Source: an uncultured Acidobacteriota bacterium
GTDB taxonomy: Bacteria > Acidobacteriota > Thermoanaerobaculia > UBA5066 > DATFVB01
DNA length: 64,000 nt
NCBI GenBank assembly: GCA_963813155.1
Contig: CAWEYG010000004.1
Location: 40,328-104,327 of the forward strand
Direction: 5' to 3'
Positions 29,600 to 39,909 of this stretch are shown one piece after another. Positions within the stretch are counted from its first letter, which is position 1. The number at the start of each line of letters is the position of its first letter. A program made the translations under genes and the position numbers. Under the pieces are notes generated by a model that saw only the letters and a program-made list of their open reading frames with translations, did not search any database and was not told where the DNA came from.

Positions 29600-31116
29600 T
29601 TGGAACGGCCGCTTCCCCATCCCGCGTTCATCGCGTCGATCGCGCCGGCGGATTTCGACGACGCGAAACGGCTCGTGTCGCTCGTTCCCGAGGGGGCGAA
29701 CGCGATCGAGTACCGTCTGGATCTCGCGGCGGGGCGCATCTCCTCGAGGGCGCTCCTGGAGCTCGACCCGCGGTGCGCGATCGTGACCTACCGCACCGAG
29801 CGGGAAGGGGGAAAGTTCGGCGGGACCCTCGACGAGTACCGGCGATCCGTTCAATCGGCCTACGAAGCCGGGGCCGCCGTCGACGTCGAGCTGGAGAGCG
29901 CGACACTGGAAGATCGCGCCTTTCTTCCGGACCGGCGGCGCGTCATCGGCTCGCGGCACGCCGCGGGCGAGGGCGGCTGGCCGGACGCGGAGGTGTCCCG
30001 CTACCTGTCGGCGGACGTCGGCGCGGTCAAGCTCGTGCGCACGAACGTGAGCTCGATTTCCGACGGGTCGGCCTGCCTCGCCGCCCTGAGACGCCATTCC
30101 GGATCGCGGCCGTTCTCCTGCTTCGCGACCGGAACGCGCGGCACGTTCACCCGGATCGTCGGCGCCCGGTTCGGGTCGGCGCTGACGTACGGGAGCGTCG
30201 GAGCGCCGACGGCGGACGGGCAGGTTTCCGTCGCCGACCTCCGGGACGTCTATGGCGTCGGCCGGCCGGATCCGCCGACGAGAATCTTCGGCATCTACGG
30301 CGCCGACGTGTCGCGGTCGCTCTCGCCCGTCATCCACAACGCCCTCTTCGCCCGGCGCGGCCTTCCTTCGCTCTACCTTCCCCTGTCCGCGTCGGACGGA
30401 GCTCCGGGCGGGGACGTCCTGCGGCGCGATCTCGAAGCTCTCGCGTCGGCGGATCTCCTTCCCGCCGGGTTGTCCGTCACGAACCCGTTCAAGTCGGCGT
30501 TCGAGTCGATCGTGGAGGCGATCGACGAGGACGACGCGGTCGCGCGCACGGGCGCCGCGAACACGCTCGTCCGGATCGACGTCCCGGAGGACGGGCCGCG
30601 ATATCTCGCGCGGAACACCGATGCGGAAGCGGTCCTCGAGGTCCTCTCCGGCCTGCGGCTCGCGGGACGCACGGTCGTCGTCCTCGGCAACGGCGGAGCG
30701 GCGCGCGCCGCGGCCTACGCTGCCGGCCTGGCCGGGTGCGCGGTCTTCCTGGCCGGGCGCGACCTTCGGAAGGTCAAGCCGGTCGCCGACCGGTTCGGCG
30801 CGAACGCGATCGCCGTGGGCGATCTCTCGGGCCTGGAGGCGGACGTGCTCGTCAACGCGACTCCGCTCGGGACGGATCGAGGACGACCCGATCCCTTTCC
30901 CGCGCTCGTTGCTCGGCCCGGAAGCCGGCCGTCATCGATTTCGTGTACCGGCTCTCGGGAGAGACACCGCTCGTCCGCGAGGCCCGGGAGCGCGGCTGCG
31001 ACACGGCGGACGGCCGCGAGCTCCTCGCGCGCCAGGCCGTCGGGCAGGCGAAGCTCTTCGGCGCGGAGGGAGTTTCGTACGAGGAGATCGACGCGATCCT
31101 CCGGGAGCACCGGTGA
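29600..31116 (+). CDS. aroDE: bifunctional 3-dehydroquinate dehydratase (type I) / shikimate 5-dehydrogenase, frame broken at least once
   Basis: The N-terminal AroD-like half and the AroE half (SPVIHNA.., NTDAEA, VVVLGNGGAARAA, VNATPLG) are in ORF 29600..32248. The tail AVIDFVYRLSGETPLVREARERGC..GRELLARQAV is in ORF 29593..31116. The switch is near 30920-30930. Confidence 0.8.
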
Positions 31117-32520
31117 CGCGCGTCGTCACGCGGACGCTGCTCGCGGACACGACGACGCCCGTCGCCGTCATGCGAAAGCTGCTCGCCTCGGGCGGGGAGT
31201 CCTTTCTGCTCGAGAGCGTCGAGGGAGGCCGAAACGTCGCCCGCTACTCGTTTCTCGGCACGGCGCCGAAGGCGCGCATCGTGTTCCGGGACCGGGAGAT
31301 CTCCGTCGAGGGAGACGGGGCGGAGCAGCCGGCGTTCGACGGCCGCGATCCCCTCGGGGTCGTCAGCCGGCGCGTGGTGCGGCCGGGCTTTCGCCGGGAG
31401 GAAGGGCAGCCGCCGTTTTCGGGTGGCGCCGTCGGTTACCTCTCGTACGACGCGGTCCGGATGTTCGAGCGGATTCCCTCCCGGCACCCGCGCGTCTCCC
31501 GCATGCCGGACGCCCTGTTCCTCGTGTTCGATTCGACGATCGCGTTCGACCACGCGAAGGGGATCATGGTCCTCCAGTCGCTGGCCGAGGACTCGGAGGC
31601 CGACGCGGCCGCGGAATCGCGGCTCGACGTTCTCGAGAGGATCGTCGGGGCGCCCGCTCCGCCGGAAGACGGGCCGGCCGCGGCTCCTCCGGACTTCACG
31701 GAACGAACCTCGCGGGAGGGGTTCCTCGCGTCCGTCGACCTCGCGAAGGAACGGATTTCCGCGGGCGACATCTACCAGATCCAGATCTCCCGGAGGTGGT
31801 CCGGCCGGCTCGAGAGCGATCCGTTCGAGGTCTATCGCGCCCTCCGGAGGGTGAACCCTTCGCCTTACCAGTTCTTCCTGCGCACTCGCGAAGCCGATAT
31901 TCTCGGAGCGTCGCCGGAGATGCTCGTCCGGATCCGGGCCGGACGGATCGAGACCCGTCCGATCGCCGGAACGTATCCCCGCGGAGCCACTCCGGCGGAA
32001 GACCGGGAGCTCGAGGAGCGGTTTCTCTCCGACCCGAAGGAGAAAGCGGAGCACATCATGCTCGTCGACCTCGCGCGAAACGATCTCGGCCGGGTGTGCG
32101 AGAGCGGCAGCGTCTCGGTGCCGGAGTTCTTCCAGGTCGAGAAATACTCGCACGTGCAGCACCTCGTCTCCTCCGTCGTCGGGCCGCCTCAAGCCGGGCG
32201 TCACGGCTCTCGAGGCTCTCGCCGCGTCGTTTCCCGCGGGAACTCTGACCGGCGCGCCGAAGATCCGCGCGATGGAGCTGATCGACGAGCTCGAGACGAG
32301 CCGACGCGGGATCTACGGAGGCGCGATCGGATACCTGGACGCGTCGGGCGATCTCGACTCGGCGATCGCGATCCGCACGATGGCCGTCGAGGACGGGGAA
32401 GCCCGAATCCAGGCGGCCGCCGGGATCGTCGCCGACTCGGTGCCGGAGCGTGAGGCGCGGGAGACGGAGATCAAGTCCGGCGCGTTGTTCCGCGCGGCGC
32501 GGGAGGCGTGCGGCCGATGA
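31113..32520 (+). CDS. trpE: anthranilate synthase component I, frame broken once
   Basis: The GTG at 31113 forms a GTGA overlap. The body is in ORF 30252..32453 (LLESVEGG, SPEMLVR, IAGTYPRG, VDLARNDLGRV). The tail GAPKIRAMELIDELE..GIYGGAIGY is in the frame of ORF 32272..32520. An extra base lies near 32181-32186. Confidence 0.85.
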
Positions 32521-33092
32521 TCCTGATGGTCGACAACTACGACTCGTTCACGTTCAACCTCGTGCAGGCGATCGCGGTGCTCGATCCCGACGTTCGAGTC
32601 GTCCGGAACGACGAGTTCGACGTCGCCGAGGAAATCTCCCGGAAGCCGGCGAGGATCGTGATTTCGCCGGGGCCGGGCAGGCCCGAGGACGCGGGCAGGA
32701 CGATCGAGACGATCCGGGCCGCGGAGCGGGAGCGGATTCCGCTGCTCGGGGTCTGCCTCGGGCACCAGGCCATCGCGGTCGCGCACGGCGCGACGGTTTC
32801 GCGCGCTCCGGTGCCCGTGCACGGAAAGACTTCGCGGATCTCGCACGCCGGGATCGGCATCTTCGCCGGTCTCTCGAACCCGTTCGAGGCCACGCGTTAC
32901 CATTCCCTCGCGGTCGCGGAGCGGACGCTTCCGGAGGAGCTCGTGACGACCGCGCGTTCCGAGGACGGGCTCGTGATGGGAATTCGCCATGCGTCGCTGC
33001 CGGTCTTCGGCGTCCAGTTCCACCCCGAGTCGATTCTTTCGATCGAGGGACCGAAGCTGATCGCGAACTTCCTGCGCGGGAGCTTCGAGTGA
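32517..33092 (+). CDS. trpG: anthranilate synthase component II (glutamine amidotransferase)
   Basis: It reads MILMVDNYDSFTFNLVQ, with GVCLGHQ (the catalytic Cys) and FHPES. Its start forms an ATGA overlap with trpE. Confidence 0.9.
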   Translation: MILMVDNYDSFTFNLVQAIAVLDPDVRVVRNDEFDVAEEISRKPARIVISPGPGRPEDAGRTIETIRAAERERIPLLGVCLGHQAIAVAHGATVSRAPVPVHGKTSRISHAGIGIFAGLSNPFEATRYHSLAVAERTLPEELVTTARSEDGLVMGIRHASLPVFGVQFHPESILSIEGPKLIANFLRGSFE

Positions 33093-34099
33093 GCCTCCCG
33101 GACGCGCTCCGTCTGCTCGCGGAACGCCGGCCGATGAGCGGGGAGACGGCAAAGGGGGCGTTCCTCGACCTGATGGAGGGCCGGGCGACGGACGCGCAGA
33201 AGGGCGCGCTCCTGCTGGGGCTCGCGGCGCGGGGCGAAACGCCGGAGGAGGTCGCGGGAGCGGTTTCCGCGTTGCGGGAAAAGATGACGGCGGTGGTTTC
33301 GCGCCGGTCGCCGCTCGTGGACACGTGCGGAACCGGCGGCGACGGCGCGGCGACGTTCAACGTCTCCACGGCGGCGGCGCTCGTCTGCGCCGGGGCCGGA
33401 GCGGCCGTCGCGAAGCACGGCAACCGCGCGGTGTCGTCGCGCTGCGGATCGGCGGACGTTCTCGAGGCGCTCGGCGTTCCTCTGGAAACGACGGCCGAGG
33501 AGGTCGCGAGGGACCTCGAGTCCCGGGGATTCGCGTTCCTCTTCGCGCCCGCGTTCCATCCCGCGATGAAGGAAGCCGCCGCCGTCCGCCGACAGCTGGG
33601 CGTGCGCACGATATTCAACCTGATCGGTCCTCTCGCGAACCCGGCGCGACCGTCGCGGCAGCTGATCGGCGTCGGACGATTCGAGGTCGCGGACCTGCTG
33701 GCCCGGGCGATGGCGCTCCTCGAAAGCGAGCGGACGATCATCTTCCATTCCGAAAACGGCCTCGACGAGCTGACCCCGGGAGTTCCCGCGATCGGTTTCG
33801 AGATCCGCGGGCCGCGCGTCGACCCCTGGAAATTCGATCCCGGCGTGCTGGCGCAGCGCGCCGTCGCCCGCGAGGAGCTGGCGGGAGGCGACGCCCGCGA
33901 GAACGCCGCCGCGCTCGTTCGCCTCCTCGGGGGCGAGCGGGGCCCCTTGCGGGAAACCGTTCTCCTGAACTCCGCCGCGGGACTCTGGGTCGCGGGGACG
34001 GCGGCGACGCTGCACGACGGGTATGACCTCGCGTGCGATTCGATCGACGGCGGCCGCGCGGGCGCGGTTCTCGAGGCGGCGCAGCGGAGCGCGGCATGA
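33089..34099 (+). CDS. trpD: anthranilate phosphoribosyltransferase
   Basis: It contains DTCGTGGDG, KHGNRAVSS and a GTGA overlap start. Confidence 0.9.
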   Translation: MSLPDALRLLAERRPMSGETAKGAFLDLMEGRATDAQKGALLLGLAARGETPEEVAGAVSALREKMTAVVSRRSPLVDTCGTGGDGAATFNVSTAAALVCAGAGAAVAKHGNRAVSSRCGSADVLEALGVPLETTAEEVARDLESRGFAFLFAPAFHPAMKEAAAVRRQLGVRTIFNLIGPLANPARPSRQLIGVGRFEVADLLARAMALLESERTIIFHSENGLDELTPGVPAIGFEIRGPRVDPWKFDPGVLAQRAVAREELAGGDARENAAALVRLLGGERGPLRETVLLNSAAGLWVAGTAATLHDGYDLACDSIDGGRAGAVLEAAQRSAA

Positions 34100-34872
34100 G
34101 CGCCGGGGTGCTCGACGCGATCGTCTCCGCGACGCGACGCCGCGTTCGGGAGGGCGGGTATTCTCCCGCGGCGAAGGCCGGACCCTCGCCGCGCGGGGAT
34201 CTGTTCCTCGCGTCTCTGCGGGAGCCGGGGACCCGGATCATCGCCGAAATCAAGGCGAAGTCCCCGTCGGCCGGGGAGATCGTGCGGGACTGCGGCCGAA
34301 AAGTCGAAACCCTCGCGCTCGCGTACCGGCGAGGCCACGCGGCCGCGATCTCGGTCGTCACGGAACGGGAGTATTTCGGCGGGGATCCGGACTGGATCGC
34401 GAGGGCGAAAAAGATCTCCGGCCTGCCCGTGTTGATGAAGGACTTTGTGGTCGAGGAGGCCCAGCTGGACTTCGCGGCTTCGCACGGAGCCGACGCCGTG
34501 CTCCTGATCGCCTCGATTCTCGACGAGTCGGAACTGAGACGGCTGCGGGAGGCGGCGGAAGCCCGGGGATTGGCGGCCCTCGTGGAGACGCATTCGGAAA
34601 TCGAAATTGAGAGAGCGATCGCCGCCGGGGCGACGATCGTCGGGGTCAACGCGCGCAATCTTCAGTCCTTCGCCGTCGGGCTCGAAGACCTCGTTTCCCT
34701 CGCCCCGCGAATCCCTTCTCCGAGGGTTCGGGTTGCCGAGAGCGGAATCCGGACCCGCGGGGACGTCGAGACGCTCGCCGCCGCCGGATACGGCGCGTTT
34801 CTCGTCGGCGAGACGCTGCTGCGCTCGCACGAGCCCGAAGTCGTCCTCCGAGGCCTGCGGGGCGAGCCGTGA
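34096..34872 (+). CDS. trpC: indole-3-glycerol phosphate synthase
   Basis: It contains [16 protein letters not shown] and ESGI, with an ATGA overlap start. Confidence 0.9.
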   Translation: MSAGVLDAIVSATRRRVREGGYSPAAKAGPSPRGDLFLASLREPGTRIIAEIKAKSPSAGEIVRDCGRKVETLALAYRRGHAAAISVVTEREYFGGDPDWIARAKKISGLPVLMKDFVVEEAQLDFAASHGADAVLLIASILDESELRRLREAAEARGLAALVETHSEIEIERAIAAGATIVGVNARNLQSFAVGLEDLVSLAPRIPSPRVRVAESGIRTRGDVETLAAAGYGAFLVGETLLRSHEPEVVLRGLRGEP

Positions 34873-35476
34873 CCGGCGTCAAGATCTGCGGGTTGACGCG
34901 GCCCGGGGACGTCGCGCTGGCGGCGGCCCTCGGCGCGAGCCACGTGGGCTTCAATTGTTCCCCGCGGAGCCCGAGGCGCGCCGATCTCCGGATCGCGGCC
35001 GAGCTCGCGCGGGAATCGGGAAACGCGAAGCGCGTCGGCGTGTTCGTCGACGAGACGGCGGAAGAGATTCGCCGGGCGGTCGACGCCCTCCGGCTGGACT
35101 TCCTTCAGATCCATCGCGCCCTTCGAGCTTCGGACCTGGATCACGGCCTGCCGGTCGTCGCCGTCGCCCGGGTCGACGGCGAAGCGGCGGAGGTGCCCGA
35201 GACGGCGCTTCTGCGCCGGTGCCGGGCGATTCTTTTCGATACCGCCGATCCCGGGAGGCCGGGCGGCACCGGGAATTCCTTCGACTGGAGGCTCCTCGAA
35301 CGGATGACCTTCCCCGTGCCGATGTGGCTGGCAGGCGGCCTGCGCGCCGACAACGTGGGGGAGGCGATCCTTCGCGGGCGGCCCGAGGTCGTCGACGTCG
35401 CGTCCGGAGTCGAATCGTCTCCCGGCGTCAAAGACAAGGCGAAGCTCGAAGCTTTCTTTCTCGCGGCGAGGCGGGC

Positions 35477-35480
<4 letters not shown>
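34869..35480 (+). CDS. trpF: phosphoribosylanthranilate isomerase
   Basis: It begins VKICGLTR and contains GGTGNSFDW and LAGGL, with a GTGA overlap start. Confidence 0.85.
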
Positions 35481-36651
<1,171 letters not shown>

Positions 36652-36655
<4 letters not shown>

Positions 36656-37461
36656 CGGCGTCGCGCCTCGCCGGGAAGTTCGAGGCCGCGCGGCTGGACG
36701 GCCGCGCCTGCTTCATTCCTTACCTGACGGCCGGCGACCCGGATCTCGCGACGACCGTCGCGCTCGCGCGGGAGCTCGATCGGTCCGGCGCGGACGTGCT
36801 CGAGCTCGGCGTTCCGTTCTCCGACCCGATCGCCGACGGACCGACTCTCCAGCGGGCCGCCGCCCGCGCGCTGGCCGGCGGAACGACGCTCGCGGGCGTG
36901 CTCGAATGCGCGGCCGAGATTCGCCGCTCCACCCGTCTCGCGCTCGTGCTCTTTTCGTACGCGAACCCGCTCTTCGCGCCGGGGTTCGCGCGCGCGATGG
37001 ACAGGTCGGCCGCGGCCGGTTTCGACGGCGTCCTGCTGACCGACGTTCCGGCGGAAGAGGCGGACGATTTCCTGCCCGCGATCGCGGCCTCGGGCCTCGA
37101 CCCGATCTTCCTCGTGTCGCCGACGTCACCCGAAGAGCGAATGCGAAGAGCCTCGCGCCTCTCGCGGGGTTTTCTGTACGTCATCTCGCGGACCGGGACG
37201 ACGGGGGAGAAGAAGTCGCTCGCGAGGGATCTCGCGCCGACGGTCCGGCGCGCCCGCCGCTGCTCCCCGGAGCTGCCGGTCGCCGTCGGGTTCGGCATTT
37301 CGACGGCCGCCGATGCGGCGCGCGTGGCCGCCCTTGCGGACGGCGTCATCGTCGGCTCGGCGCTCGTCCGGCTCGTCGAGTCGAGCGGACGGGACGCCGT
37401 CCCGGCGGCGGGACGGTTCGTCCGCGAAATGAGCGCGGCCTGCCTTCGAGCGCGGCGATGA
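36652..37461 (+). CDS. trpA: tryptophan synthase alpha chain
   Basis: It contains [15 protein letters not shown] and GFGIS, with a GTGA overlap start. Confidence 0.9.
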
Positions 37462-37751
37462 GCGTCAGCGAGTTGGAGCGCCTGAGGCAGGCGATCGACG
37501 AGCTCGATCGCGTGATCGTGAAGCTCCTGAACCAGCGCGCGAAATACGCGATCGAGATCGGCCACGCGAAGAAGACTGTCGCGCTGCCGGTGTATTCGCC
37601 CGAGCGGGAGCGCGAAGTTCTTCGCAACGTCGAGGACGAGAACCGCGGCCCGCTCTCCGCCGACGGAATCCGCCGGCTCTACGAACGCATCATCGACGAG
37701 TCGCGGCGAATCGAGCGCCAGGCGAAAGAAGAAGAACGGGAAGAGGAGTGA
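37458..37751 (+). CDS. chorismate mutase (AroQ class)
   Basis: It reads LRQAIDELDRVIVKLLNQRAKYAIEIGHAKK...PEREREVL and is 97 aa. Its start forms an ATGA overlap with trpA. Confidence 0.8.
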   Translation: MSVSELERLRQAIDELDRVIVKLLNQRAKYAIEIGHAKKTVALPVYSPEREREVLRNVEDENRGPLSADGIRRLYERIIDESRRIERQAKEEEREEE

Positions 37752-37758
37752 GGAACCC

Positions 37759-38772
37759 ATGTTGATCGTGATGAAGCCGAACGCGGGCGAAGCCGAAGTC
37801 GACGCGGTGATCGCGCGGCTCGTCGAAAAGGGGTTCGACGTCCACCGGTCGACGGGAGCGGAGCGGACCGTGCTCGGCGCGGTCGGACACGTCCAGAACA
37901 GCGACCCGCGGTTCTTCGAGGACATGGCCGGCGTGTTCGAGGTCGTCCGGATCAGCGAGCCGTACAAGCTTGCCGGGCGCACGTTCCAGCCGCGCGACAG
38001 CGTCGTGTCGGTTCGCGGGGTGCCGGTCGGCGGCGACGAGGTCGTCGTGATGGCGGGGCCGTGCACGATCGAGACGCGCGAGCAGGTGTACGAGAGCGCG
38101 AAGGCGATCGCCCGGGCGGGCGCGAAGATCCTGCGCGGGGGCGCGTACAAGCCGCGCACGTCCCCGTATTCCTACCAGGGGATGGGCGTCGATGGCTGGA
38201 AGATCCAGAGGGAAGTCGCCGACGAGTTCGGCCTCGCGACCGTGTCGGAGGTCATGGACTCCTCGCAGATCGAGGACGCGCTGGAGTACGTGGATCTCCT
38301 GCAGGTCGGCGCGAGGAACATGCAGAACTTCACGTTCCTGAAAGAGCTCGGCAAGATCCGCAAGCCGGTTCTCCTGAAACGCGGTCTCTCCGCGACGATC
38401 GAAGAATGGCTGTTGTCCGCCGAATACATCATGGCGGGCGGCAACCGCGACGTCATCCTGTGCGAGCGGGGAATCCGCACGTTCGAGCGCTACACGCGCA
38501 ACACGCTGGACATCTCCGCGATCCCGGTCATCGAGAAGCTCTCGCACCTGCCCGTCGTCGCCGACCCGTCGCACGGCACGGGGCACCGCGAGCAGGTCGC
38601 GCCGATGGCGCTCGCCGCGGCGGCCGCGGGCGCGGACGGCCTGATCATCGAGGTGCATCCCGATCCGGACAACGCGCTGTGCGACGGCCCGCAGTCGCTG
38701 CTGCCGGAGCAGTTCACGAGGCTGATGGATCAGCTCAGAATCATCGCCCCGGCCGTGGGGAAGCGGATTTGA
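37759..38772 (+). CDS. aroF: 3-deoxy-7-phosphoheptulonate (DAHP) synthase, type I-beta with an N-terminal regulatory extension
   Basis: It has an ACT/FL-like N-terminus ([21 protein letters not shown]), then [23 protein letters not shown] and DPSHGTG. Confidence 0.9.
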   Translation: MLIVMKPNAGEAEVDAVIARLVEKGFDVHRSTGAERTVLGAVGHVQNSDPRFFEDMAGVFEVVRISEPYKLAGRTFQPRDSVVSVRGVPVGGDEVVVMAGPCTIETREQVYESAKAIARAGAKILRGGAYKPRTSPYSYQGMGVDGWKIQREVADEFGLATVSEVMDSSQIEDALEYVDLLQVGARNMQNFTFLKELGKIRKPVLLKRGLSATIEEWLLSAEYIMAGGNRDVILCERGIRTFERYTRNTLDISAIPVIEKLSHLPVVADPSHGTGHREQVAPMALAAAAAGADGLIIEVHPDPDNALCDGPQSLLPEQFTRLMDQLRIIAPAVGKRI

Positions 38773-38778
38773 GCTACT

Positions 38779-38838
38779 CCCTCTCCCGGCGGGAGAGGGG
38801 TGGGGACCGGGGGGATGTCATTCCCGCGAAAGCGGGAA
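38779..38838. repeat. two GC-rich palindromic repeat units downstream of aroF
   Basis: One hairpin pairs CCCTCTCCC and GGGAGAGGG across GGC (38779-38799). The other is TTCCCGC-GAAA-GCGGGAA (38821-38838). No T-tract follows. The first unit recurs inside the gene at 40719-40759. Confidence 0.65.
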
Positions 38839-39828
38839 GGTGGATTCACATTTGAAGTGCAACAGATGAGAGAAGACCTCGGCCGGGGTTTGGAAGTCAA
38901 GGCATTTCCTAGGTGTGTGATTGTAGAGTTGGGCAAGGCGGAGGATTTGGCTCGTGGGAAGGACTGCCAGGTCGGTTTTTCGGGGGAGGAAGCGACGAAG
39001 CCGGCCGATGGCATTTTCGACTCCGCCCTTCTGCCAAGGAGACCGTGGATCGCAAAAGAATGTTTCGACTCCGAGGGTTTTTCCCAGGCGGTGATGGAAA
39101 GCGAACTCGGTTCCGTTGTCGAAGGTCACGGTGCGGCGCAGGGACGGGGGAAGAGGTCGCAGAAGATTTTCGATGGTAGAGACAAGAGGTGCGGCGGCCT
39201 TGCTTTGTTGACGCAGGATAACCGTCAGTCGAGAAGTACGTTCGTGAAGGGCCAAGACGGCCTGCCCATAGGTGGCAAAGAGCATGAGATCGGCCTCCCA
39301 ATGGCCAGGGTTGGTTCGGTCACTGGCTTCTGGGGGTCGCAGAGCAATGGGGACACGGTTTTGGATGTGCACGGTCGAGTTGCCGTGTTTTGGGGAGCGT
39401 CGGCCGCGCTTGCTCTTGCCGCGGGGGAGGTAGAGCCGCCAGGAGTAATCCTTGGTGCGAGCGATCTGAGCGGCGATGAAGCGATAAATGGTTTCATGAC
39501 TGACAACCGGCCGGCCTTCTTCGCGCGCGAGCCTGCCGGCGACCTCCTGCGGCGACCATCCCTGACTGAGGCGGTCCAAGACCAGAGCCTGGAGGTCGGG
39601 CCGACGCAACAGTTTGCTGCCGGTCCAGCGCCGTGCCTTGGCCTGTTGACCGGCGTAAACGGGCTGATACCCGCCCGACGTCGTGCTGTTGCGCTTCAGC
39701 TCCCGAGCAACGCTCGATGGCGCGCGATCCAGACCTGCCGCGATTTGCCGGATCGATTGCCCGGCGCAGCGACGCCGGGCAATCTCACACCGTTCCTGGA
39801 TCCCAAGCTGCCCGTATTGGCGCCCCAT
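38818..39828 (-). CDS. IS30-family transposase
   Basis: It is 336 aa with an N-terminal HTH (RCAGQSIRQIAAGLDRAPSSVARELKRN) and a DDE region (GHWEADLM, TFDNGTEF, PWQKGGVEN). The ORF reads through the left IR and stops 25 nt outside it. Confidence 0.9.
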   Translation of the reverse strand: MGRQYGQLGIQERCEIARRRCAGQSIRQIAAGLDRAPSSVARELKRNSTTSGGYQPVYAGQQAKARRWTGSKLLRRPDLQALVLDRLSQGWSPQEVAGRLAREEGRPVVSHETIYRFIAAQIARTKDYSWRLYLPRGKSKRGRRSPKHGNSTVHIQNRVPIALRPPEASDRTNPGHWEADLMLFATYGQAVLALHERTSRLTVILRQQSKAAAPLVSTIENLLRPLPPSLRRTVTFDNGTEFAFHHRLGKTLGVETFFCDPRSPWQKGGVENAIGRLRRFLPRKTDLAVLPTSQILRLAQLYNHTPRKCLDFQTPAEVFSHLLHFKCESTFPLSRE

Positions 39829-39872
39829 CGCAGCACCCCCATCAGAAGGTGTTGCACTTCGTTTGTGAAATC
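38843..39872 (-). mobile_element. IS30-family insertion sequence (about 1.03 kb)
   Basis: The imperfect terminal inverted repeats are GATTCACATTTGAAGTGCAACA (38843-38864) and TGTTGCACTTCGTTTGTGAAATC (39850-39872). It has a single transposase ORF and visibly lower GC than the flanks. I could not define a target duplication. Confidence 0.8.
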
Positions 39873-39909
39873 AAAGAATCGCTCTGGCGTGCCCGTGTAA
39901 AATCTCCCG

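Noticed and set aside
38800-39900. A 366-aa ORF on the plus strand spans the IS element.
   Set aside because: It is antisense to the IS30 transposase, which has clear HTH and DDE motifs. The plus-strand translation has no recognisable features.
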